50,961 bases of DNA from Candidatus Omnitrophota bacterium (GTDB lineage Bacteria > Omnitrophota > Gorgyraeia > Gorgyraeales > Gorgyraeaceae). Of this stretch, positions 36,089 through 42,745 are shown in pieces. The stretch's first letter is position 1; every line of letters begins with the position of its first letter. A program made the position numbers and the translations under genes. A model generated the notes under the pieces. The model saw only the letters and a list, made by a program, of their open reading frames with translations. It was not told where the DNA came from and did no database searches. The DNA lies in contig JABMRA010000058.1 in the NCBI GenBank assembly GCA_013202925.1, forward strand, positions 1 to 50,961. The letters are read 5' to 3'.

Positions 36089-37240
36089 TTAGGCGGCCTT
36101 TTCCTTTAACAGCGCATTCGCTATGATGCCGCGCTGTATCTGATTCGTGCCTTCGTATATCTGCGTGATCTTTGCGTCGCGCATATACTTCTCAATAGGA
36201 TAATCCCTCATGTAGCCATAGCCGCCGAAAAGCTGCACGCAGTCGGTCGTGACCTTCATTGCCATGTCTGATGCGAAAACTTTTGCTATTGCGGAATCCT
36301 TGGAGACCTTCTTGACGCCGGCGTCTATCATCCTCGCGCAGGCGTATATCAATGCCCTTGCTGCCTCGATCTCCGTGGCCATGTCCGCCAGCATAAACTG
36401 CACGCCCTGGAACGAAGAGATGCTTTTCCCAAATTGCCTGCGCTCCTTAACGTACCCAACGGTTAAATCCAGCGCGCCCTGCGCAATGCCAAGCGCCTGA
36501 GAAGCCACGCCCGGCCTTGACTGGTCGAATGTCTTCATTGCCACGATAAATCCCATGCCCTCTTTGCCCAAGAGGTTCTCCTTGGGGATCTTGCAGTCTG
36601 TAAAGACAAGTTCTCTTGTGGCAGACGCGCGTATGCCCATTTTATCTTCCTTCTTCCCAAACTCAAATCCCTCTGTGCCTTTTTCAACGATAAATGTGGC
36701 TGCGCCGCGCGCGCCCTTTGAGCGGTCCACCGAGGCCACTACTGTATAGACCTCCGCCTCTCCGCCGTTTGTAATCCACTGCTTGGTGCCGTTTAATACA
36801 TAATGGTCGCCTTTTTTCGCGGCTGTAGTCGCAACAGCCGCTGCATCGCTACCTGCGCCTGCCTCGGTCAATGCAAATGCCGCCAGTTTTTTTCCTTTGG
36901 CTATGTCAGGAAGATATTTCTGCTTCTGTTCGTCGCTGCCGAACAGGATGATCGGATATGTCCCGAGCGCAGTCGCAGCCAATGCCAGCGAAATTCCGCC
37001 ACAGGCCTTGGACAACTCCTCTGTCGCGATCACCAGGTCCATTGAGCCGCCGCCAGTGCCGCCGTATTTCTCCTCGATGTAGATGCCGAAGAGGTCGCTG
37101 TCTGACAGGACCTTTACGATGTCCCACGGAAACGTGCCCTCAACATCATACTGGGCAGCAACAGGCCTGATCTTCTCTTTTGCAATCTGCCTCGCTAAAT
37201 CTCGAATCATTATCTGTTCTTCGGTTAATAGATAATCCAT
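36089..37240 (-). CDS. Acyl-CoA dehydrogenase (short-chain / butyryl-CoA dehydrogenase type)
   Basis: 383 aa, typical ACAD N/M/C organisation. The C-terminal YEGTNQIQR motif places the catalytic Glu as in Bcd/SCAD. Confidence 0.9.
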   Translation of the reverse strand: MDYLLTEEQIMIRDLARQIAKEKIRPVAAQYDVEGTFPWDIVKVLSDSDLFGIYIEEKYGGTGGGSMDLVIATEELSKACGGISLALAATALGTYPIILFGSDEQKQKYLPDIAKGKKLAAFALTEAGAGSDAAAVATTAAKKGDHYVLNGTKQWITNGGEAEVYTVVASVDRSKGARGAATFIVEKGTEGFEFGKKEDKMGIRASATRELVFTDCKIPKENLLGKEGMGFIVAMKTFDQSRPGVASQALGIAQGALDLTVGYVKERRQFGKSISSFQGVQFMLADMATEIEAARALIYACARMIDAGVKKVSKDSAIAKVFASDMAMKVTTDCVQLFGGYGYMRDYPIEKYMRDAKITQIYEGTNQIQRGIIANALLKEKAA

Positions 37241-37251
37241 GACCTGCCTCC

Positions 37252-38235
37252 CTATTTTATATTATAGACCAATGTCTTTGCTTTGCCTTCGCGGACAATA
37301 TCTACATTTAGCGCCTTGATATTTCTATCTGACTTCAGATCCATGCATACCTTGAATATGCCGTAGAGCGTGTTGACCGGCCGGCCGTTTATGCCCTTGA
37401 TCAGATCGCCCTGTTTTATGCCGGTCCTTTCTGCAAGCGCCGCAACAGCCAGGTTCTGAACCAGGAACCCTTCTCTATTTAAAACAACATCCCCTAATCC
37501 GCAATTGAATTTCAAACTCGGGCCTTCCCCAAATCTAAACTGGGGCCTGACGCCTTTTATCACCGAGACGAGCGTCTCTTCTGTGTTGGAAATGGCCTCG
37601 GCCGCGCTCTTTTTGTCAACGGCCCAGGCATCACGCCCGACCTTCTCGATCTTTATATTTTCAAAAAGCCCTGCCTTGATCTTTTTGCTGTCGCTGTTTC
37701 CGGCCCGGGGGGATTTAAACATCTCCATTTCCTCCCCTGGAAGATCCTTTAATAAGGCGTCCCTGTCGTATGCCTTTCCAAGCACTATCCTGCCGCCTTC
37801 CATATCCATGACAATAAAATCTTCTGCGCCGCCTTTGCCGGATTCCCTGGAATCCTTATATCTGTATTCCAGGACCGCTGACTCCACTGTCTTTTCAAAG
37901 ATTATCTCAGCGCCCTCCAGCGGGATCCGCTCGCCCGGATTTACCGTATAATTCTCTTCTGAATTAACGCCTGTCAGTATAAGCATGTCTTTCTTTATAT
38001 CCTTTATGCGCAGGCAGTTTGTTATGTCGCTATTGGAACAAAATATATCGCCCTTGGTATACAGCCTTTTTTTTCCGCCATCCATAATAGCGACTGCGTA
38101 CCGGGCAGGTTCCCCGTCTGTAATGGTCCCGACTACGCCTGCGTCATCGCCGCCCCTCGCATCTCCTGCAGCGGCAAAGGAACCTAATATGAAAGATAGC
38201 ATTAATATTGTAACTATATATCTTAAATGGCGCAT
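37252..38235 (-). CDS. GspC-like secretion system protein: N-terminal signal/anchor, HR-like domain, C-terminal PDZ domain
   Basis: PDZ-like LAERTGIKQGDLIKGINGRPVNTLYGIF at the C-terminus and an HR-like YAVAIMDGGKKRLYTKGDIF near the N-terminus. Directly downstream of the secretin. Confidence 0.5.
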   Translation of the reverse strand: MRHLRYIVTILMLSFILGSFAAAGDARGGDDAGVVGTITDGEPARYAVAIMDGGKKRLYTKGDIFCSNSDITNCLRIKDIKKDMLILTGVNSEENYTVNPGERIPLEGAEIIFEKTVESAVLEYRYKDSRESGKGGAEDFIVMDMEGGRIVLGKAYDRDALLKDLPGEEMEMFKSPRAGNSDSKKIKAGLFENIKIEKVGRDAWAVDKKSAAEAISNTEETLVSVIKGVRPQFRFGEGPSLKFNCGLGDVVLNREGFLVQNLAVAALAERTGIKQGDLIKGINGRPVNTLYGIFKVCMDLKSDRNIKALNVDIVREGKAKTLVYNIK

Positions 38236-38244
38236 GTCTTTTTG

Positions 38245-38272
38245 ATTATATCAATTATTTCCCGTTCGTCAA
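38245..38272 (-). promoter_or_regulatory. sigma70-type promoter TTGACG-16 nt-TATAAT, ending 9 nt before the ATG at 38235
   Basis: Minus strand reads TTGACGaacgggaaataattgaTATAATcaaaaagacATG, with no SD. Confidence 0.45.
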
Positions 38273-38308
38273 GTCAAAACGTGCTGTCTGCCACCCAGGA
38301 CAGCATAA

Positions 38309-40315
38309 CTACTCATACCTCACCACTACACTGAACTCTGCCTCGTCTTTTTTCATTGTCCGCGGAAATGCAGGGAATGGCGCGACCTGTTTGACGCAAT
38401 TGACTGCGGAGCGGACAAGCGTCAAATCCGGATTGTTCAATACAACAGGGCCCCTTGTTACAAAACCCTCTTTATCCACTGTAAACTGCAGATCCACCTC
38501 GCCTTTGAGGCCGGAGACATCCTGACGGGCTGCCGCGGCATTTATCTCGTCTCTTATTGCCAGGAAGTAATCCTCGTAAGGCGTCCTTCCCCTGACAGGG
38601 GAACTGGCTGATTTTTTCCTTGTCCTGTATCGAGGCTCGGGTCCTTTTGTGGAACGCGCAAGAGAGATGGTCTCCCATTGCTGCTTCGGCCTGGTCCTGC
38701 GCGCAGCATGGCCTCTGTCCTCTCTTGCCTCTGCCGGTTTCCCATCAAGCATCTTTGAAGCGTCAAATTTTAAATCATCCGACTTTTCGATATTGCCATA
38801 TGCCTTTTTCTTCTTCCATTCGTCGAGATAAAACTGCGCCTCCCCTGTTGTCCTATCCCCCTCTATGATATGCGGCGTAAGGAATATCACGAGCTCTGTC
38901 TTTTCCTTGCTCTTTCCTGTCGTGGAAAATAATTTTCCCAGGAGAGGGATGTCGGAGAGAAAGGGCACCTTTTCCTTGTGGTCCACTATGGTATCCTTCA
39001 TCAGGCCGCCTATTATGAGCGTGGTATTGTCTTTGACAAGCACCGTGGTCTCTACCTCGGACGTGGTGACATACGGGACAACGGTACGGGTCGAGCCGTC
39101 GGGATTCGTCAATGTAACTGTCTTTGTGGGATCCGCAGTGCTCACCTCTGGTCTTATCTTCAACTTTATATAGCCCTCTCTGTTTATCTCAGGCGTGACC
39201 TTGAGCCGCACGCCCACGTCGACAAACTGGACATGGTCTGTGGTGTGGTATGTGCCGCCCGAGGTGGTCGTTACATCACTCGTGACATAGACCTCTTTGG
39301 CGCCTACCAGGATCTTTGCCTCTTCTCTATCGGCTACGGTGATCCGCGGCCTTGAAAGCACATTGGTCTCGCCAAATGTCTTGAGAAGGCTTATCACTGT
39401 TGCGTAGTTTCCGCCCACGGAAGCGATCGTCAGGGTGCTCGGCGTGGTGCCTGAGAGGCCGGCAGAGATATTCGTATTGGCTGTCACGCGCACGTCTGCC
39501 ATCTGGGCCACATCTGCCCAGTCAATGCCGTAACTGTATTTATCCGCGAGCGTCACCTGGATAATATAGGCGTCTATGACCACCTCGCGTGTCTTCTCGT
39601 CAAATGCCTCTATCACATTTTTGATATCCTCTATCTTCGCAGGCGTATCCTGCACCACCACCTTATTTGTCCTTTCGTCAAATCTTATACTGCCTATGTC
39701 CGGTGAGACCATCTTCTCCAATTTATCCTTTATGGGCTCGGCCTTTGCGTAATCGAGAGGGAAGATCTCTGTGGCCAGCTGAACGTCCATCTCTGAGATG
39801 GCATCCGTCATCTGCTTTATATTCTCGGCGTTATCTATCAGGACTATTGTATTGGAGCGGTCGTCCGGGATGATCTTTCCGAGTTTGCTTTTCATCTCTT
39901 TGATGCCCTTTGTCACTTCAGACGCACTGGCGTAATCGAGCTTTACGATCTCTGTCTTGGCCTTGTCCCTGAACCTCCTGCCGTGCAGCTTCTCATATTT
40001 TCCATTGGTCATGATGGTTATAAGCGTGCCTTCCTGTTCGTAGGCCAGGCTGTTTGTCGAGACGATTATGTCCAGGGCATCCATGACCTCCACGTCCCTG
40101 ACATAAAGCGTTACCGTGCCCTTCACGTCTTTATCGGCAACTATGTTCAGCCCGCTTTTCTGGGACAGGATCTTCAGGACATCCTTTATGTCCATGCCCT
40201 TCAGGTCCAAAGAGATCAATTCTGCCTGGTATTCGTATTGCGCCGTCGCGATGGGTATCGCTGAAAAAATGGATATGGAAAATACGAGCGCACACACAAT
40301 GATCCTCTTTACCAT
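38309..40315 (-). CDS. Secretin (GspD/PilQ/MshL family) fused to a C-terminal TonB_C-like domain
   Basis: Start moved to the ATG at 40315 (AAGGAGG 5 nt upstream; signal peptide MVKRIIVCALVFSISIFSAIPIATA). Contains an N0/STN-like domain, two N1 repeats and a secretin core (VLSRPRITV..., VPFLSDIPLLGKLF, ELVIFLTPHII), followed by a ~90-aa basic linker and a ~91-aa TonB_C-like end. Confidence 0.85.
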   Translation of the reverse strand: MVKRIIVCALVFSISIFSAIPIATAQYEYQAELISLDLKGMDIKDVLKILSQKSGLNIVADKDVKGTVTLYVRDVEVMDALDIIVSTNSLAYEQEGTLITIMTNGKYEKLHGRRFRDKAKTEIVKLDYASASEVTKGIKEMKSKLGKIIPDDRSNTIVLIDNAENIKQMTDAISEMDVQLATEIFPLDYAKAEPIKDKLEKMVSPDIGSIRFDERTNKVVVQDTPAKIEDIKNVIEAFDEKTREVVIDAYIIQVTLADKYSYGIDWADVAQMADVRVTANTNISAGLSGTTPSTLTIASVGGNYATVISLLKTFGETNVLSRPRITVADREEAKILVGAKEVYVTSDVTTTSGGTYHTTDHVQFVDVGVRLKVTPEINREGYIKLKIRPEVSTADPTKTVTLTNPDGSTRTVVPYVTTSEVETTVLVKDNTTLIIGGLMKDTIVDHKEKVPFLSDIPLLGKLFSTTGKSKEKTELVIFLTPHIIEGDRTTGEAQFYLDEWKKKKAYGNIEKSDDLKFDASKMLDGKPAEAREDRGHAARRTRPKQQWETISLARSTKGPEPRYRTRKKSASSPVRGRTPYEDYFLAIRDEINAAAARQDVSGLKGEVDLQFTVDKEGFVTRGPVVLNNPDLTLVRSAVNCVKQVAPFPAFPRTMKKDEAEFSVVVRYE

Positions 40316-40337
40316 AACTGCCTCCTTAAATGAGGCC

Positions 40338-40360
40338 ATCATCCGCCTTAGGCGGATGAT
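40338..40360. repeat. 10-bp perfect hairpin ATCATCCGCC-tta-GGCGGATGAT
   Basis: Read directly. The CATCCGCC...GGCGGATG core is shared with the palindrome at 42200-42237. Confidence 0.85.
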
Positions 40361-40364
40361 TCGG

Positions 40365-40443
40365 CCGAATTTGACCCCCCCCTGTTTCGTTTTGTTTCGT
40401 TTTACTCAACAAAACGAAACAAAACGGGGAGGGGTAAGTTCGG
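40365..40443. repeat. About 79-bp long palindromic intergenic element, copy 1 (GAATTTGAC-C8-TGTTTCGTTTTGTTTCGTTTT-actcaac-AAAACGAAACAAAACGG-GGAGGGG-TAAGTTCGG)
   Basis: Second copy at 50882-50958 at roughly 90% identity. Differences between the copies are compensatory in the stems. Confidence 0.9.
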
Positions 40444-40447
40444 TCAA

Positions 40448-40482
40448 ATGAGTTATGTCAATCAAAGATTGACATAACTCAT
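40448..40482. repeat. Perfect 16-bp-arm hairpin ATGAGTTATGTCAATC-aaa-GATTGACATAACTCAT, 8 nt downstream of the preceding stop codon
   Basis: Read directly. A related hairpin lies at 50819-50853. Confidence 0.9.
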
Positions 40483-40490
40483 GACCTCTC

Positions 40491-40991
40491 TTATATTTTT
40501 AATTCTATCTCTTCTCCTTTATATTCCAGTATCACTGCGCTTTCCTTTATATCAGAAAGCGTGAATTCTCCGAAACTATCGCCGCGATAAAGAAAATATG
40601 TCTTGCTGGCGGCCTTGTCTTCTATCACGGCCTGGTCTTTATCTCCCGCAATGATGCCCAACAGGCTCAGGTCTTCGGCCAGGTCTTTTTTTGAAACAGC
40701 GGATTTTTCTTCATACTCATAGACATCCTCGTCAAACTCAAATGCATCAGGCAGGGCCTCTGCAGCATCTTTCCCTTCCGGCAGATCAAGGCCAAGCCCC
40801 ACATCTATCTCAGGCATCTTATAATTAAAGGTAAATACGTCAACTAAAAAAATCGCCAGCACCAGTATTATCAGGCCGATTAGAATGCCATTTATTTTTG
40901 TAAAGACCTTGAGATCCTTTTTGAACCGCAGTTTTCCCTGGGCCTGCTTAATAAGATCCAGGAGCTTTTTTTCAGGGGTCATGCCGGTCAT
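40491..40991 (-). CDS. GspB/PilP-like bitopic protein (166 aa)
   Basis: Single TM (INGILIGLIILVLAIFLV), an acidic linker, and a C-terminal HR/PilP-like beta domain (LLGIIAGDKDQAVIED...YFLYRGDSFGEFTLSDIKESAVILEY). Translationally coupled to the exeA-like gene, as exeB is to exeA. Confidence 0.5.
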   Translation of the reverse strand: MTGMTPEKKLLDLIKQAQGKLRFKKDLKVFTKINGILIGLIILVLAIFLVDVFTFNYKMPEIDVGLGLDLPEGKDAAEALPDAFEFDEDVYEYEEKSAVSKKDLAEDLSLLGIIAGDKDQAVIEDKAASKTYFLYRGDSFGEFTLSDIKESAVILEYKGEEIELKI

Positions 40992-41818
40992 TGGATTAAC
41001 TCCACCTCCCTGTCGCGCTCTACTATTTCCATTATTATATCTTCTTCCACTGTATTTCTATCCTTCATCACAAGTTCTTCCAGGGCGCTGTGGCAGAGAT
41101 TGGTTATCTTGCGCGGATATCCCTGGGTGTGCTGGTAGATCAGATCCGTTGCCTTTTCAGTAAACAGCTTCTCTCCTGAATCGTAGCCTGCCTGTTTTAA
41201 TCTGAAGTCTATCATGTCCTTTGTCTCGTTCACATCCAGGGGATTGAGGATATATTTCAGGCTGACCCTGTCCGCAAAATTCCTTATCCTCTGCAGCCTG
41301 GGCAGGAGTTCCATCTGGCCTATGACCACAAGCTGGAGGAGTTTATATTCGTTTGTCTCGTAATTCAGGAGTGTCCGCAGGATTTCCAGGGACGACGGCG
41401 TTAGTTTTTGCGCCTCGTCAATGACGAGCACCACGATATTTTCCTCATCAACGCATTTTTTGAACAGGAATCTCTCTATGGCCTCTTTGTAATCCAGGAC
41501 AGAGCGGAAGGCCGGCCTTATGCCGAACACCTTTGCCAGATACGTAACGAATTGGAACTCTGAATCATAGGCAGGATCGAATATCATGTGCGAGATAATC
41601 CCTGTTTCCTTGCTCAATACCTGGATCAGCGCCCTTGACAGGGTCGTCTTTCCAGTGCCAACGTCGCCCAGGATAAGGCTCATGCCCCTTTTTAACCTGA
41701 CCGCTATTTCGAGCCGCTGGAGCGCCTGCCTGTGGGATATGGACGGGTAAAGAAAGTAAGGGTCTGGGCTTGTTGAAAACGGCTCTTTATTGAGTTTGAG
41801 CACCTTGTAATACGGCAT
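40988..41818 (-). CDS. ExeA/GspA/MshM-like AAA ATPase (ATPase domain only)
   Basis: Walker A GDVGTGKTTL, Walker B VLVIDEAQ, 276 aa. No peptidoglycan-binding C-terminal domain. Confidence 0.75.
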   Translation of the reverse strand: MPYYKVLKLNKEPFSTSPDPYFLYPSISHRQALQRLEIAVRLKRGMSLILGDVGTGKTTLSRALIQVLSKETGIISHMIFDPAYDSEFQFVTYLAKVFGIRPAFRSVLDYKEAIERFLFKKCVDEENIVVLVIDEAQKLTPSSLEILRTLLNYETNEYKLLQLVVIGQMELLPRLQRIRNFADRVSLKYILNPLDVNETKDMIDFRLKQAGYDSGEKLFTEKATDLIYQHTQGYPRKITNLCHSALEELVMKDRNTVEEDIIMEIVERDREVELIQ

Positions 41819-41825
41819 ACCTGCT

Positions 41826-42050
41826 TCAGCCTCCTATGAGTTCCTTTATCTCTGCCAGGGACTTGTGCTCCCTGCGCAATGCGCGTATCTTCTGCAGCAT
41901 CTCCAGGGTCGTATTGTCAAAATATCTAAATTTTGTCTCCGGGCTTCTGCCTATCTCCCTTATCAGACCAAGATTAAGGTAATACTTTATGGTATAAATA
42001 GTATGTCCGCTCAACCTCGCCAGATCCTTTATCAGATATATACAATCCAT
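41826..42050 (-). CDS. MerR-family helix-turn-helix protein (74 aa, DNA-binding domain plus a short helix)
   Basis: IYLIKDLARLSGHTIYTIKYYLNLGLI is a MerR-type wHTH. Start set to the ATG at 42050 (AGGAG 9 nt upstream) rather than the track's GTG at 42080, which lies inside a hairpin. Confidence 0.7.
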   Translation of the reverse strand: MDCIYLIKDLARLSGHTIYTIKYYLNLGLIREIGRSPETKFRYFDNTTLEMLQKIRALRREHKSLAEIKELIGG

Positions 42051-42072
42051 GCCGCATCTCTCCTGTGAAATG

Positions 42073-42105
42073 CTTGACACTTTAGTCCTGGACTAAAGTG
42101 TCAAG
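42073..42105. promoter_or_regulatory. Perfect palindrome CTTGACACTTTAGTC-ctg-GACTAAAGTGTCAAG in the 5' UTR of the MerR-like gene (candidate operator or RNA hairpin)
   Basis: 15-bp perfect arms, read directly. It lies between the predicted promoter (42156-42184) and the SD. Confidence 0.6.
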
Positions 42106-42155
42106 TTTATGCTGTCTGAGTAGATAGCGATAGCGCACTCTCTATTTAGAGAGTA

Positions 42156-42184
42156 AGTATACCTTATGATTCCCGTGCTGTCAA
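42156..42184 (-). promoter_or_regulatory. Near-consensus sigma70 promoter TTGACA-17 nt-TATACT internal to the secretion cluster
   Basis: Minus strand reads TTGACAgcacgggaatcataaggTATACT, with the -35 at 42179-42184 and the -10 at 42156-42161. Confidence 0.6.
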
Positions 42185-42199
42185 GGTAAGCACGCGCCA

Positions 42200-42237
42200 A
42201 AATGCTTGACATCCGCATAGGCGGATGTCAAGCATTT
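42200..42237 (-). terminator. Perfect 17-bp-arm hairpin AAATGCTTGACATCCGC-atag-GCGGATGTCAAGCATTT overlapping the gspM-like stop codon (terminator or attenuator candidate)
   Basis: Read directly. On the minus-strand RNA the stem ends in UUU followed by U. It lies just upstream of the internal promoter. Confidence 0.5.
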
Positions 42238-42745
42238 AGATTATTGGTTTGGATAAGATCAGGGTGCCTTTTAGGCGGGAAGGAACTTCTCCTGTGCCTC
42301 TGAGGTCGAACTTCTTTATGCTGATGTATGCGGGTGATTTGATAAGGCCCGCGGCAAACCTATTGATGGCTGAAAAATCGCCCTCTAACTGCAGCTCGAT
42401 GACGTACTCCTTGTAGAGCCCTTGTTGAATCGCTGGACTTGGCCTTATATTGGCTGTCTTGATGCCCGAAGAATCCGCCTCTTTCTCTATGTAGCCCAGG
42501 ATTTCTGACATGCCCTTGAGGGACCGCGCATAGGTATTGTATTGATCGATGATGACATCCTTGTCTTTTAATAACCTCAGGCCCTTTTTGAATTCTATGC
42601 TTTTTGCGATTATCTCGCTGTCGAGGCTTCTCCATTTTCTGAAAAAGGGCCTGAATACAAGGCCGTACACTATAGCCAGACCCAAAAAAGCCACAGCTAC
42701 AATAAAGACATATCTCTCGCGCCTTGAAAGATTCAAGCGGATCAT
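42236..42745 (-). CDS. PilO/GspM/MshJ-like bitopic assembly protein
   Basis: N-terminal TM (YVFIVAVAFLGLAIVYGLV), coiled-coil region, and a C-terminal ferredoxin-like YKEYVIELQLEGDFSAINRFAAGL pattern typical of PilO. Confidence 0.55.
   Translation of the reverse strand: MIRLNLSRRERYVFIVAVAFLGLAIVYGLVFRPFFRKWRSLDSEIIAKSIEFKKGLRLLKDKDVIIDQYNTYARSLKGMSEILGYIEKEADSSGIKTANIRPSPAIQQGLYKEYVIELQLEGDFSAINRFAAGLIKSPAYISIKKFDLRGTGEVPSRLKGTLILSKPII

Noticed and set aside
40316-40342. Longer N-termini offered by the ORF track: secretin from 40342, MerR-like from GTG 42080, PilM-N from 43989, GspI-like from 45753
   Set aside because: Internal ATGs at 40315, 42050, 43890 and 45672 have proper SDs or stop-start coupling and give sensible signal-peptide or prepilin N-termini. 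The extensions run through hairpins or through the preceding gene.
40988-41818. ExeA-like AAA ATPase plus small HTH as a TniB/transposition or phage-derived module
   Set aside because: No transposase, integrase or terminal repeats are present. The gene is translationally coupled to a GspB/PilP-like gene and sits next to a secretin, which is the established ExeAB/MshM context.
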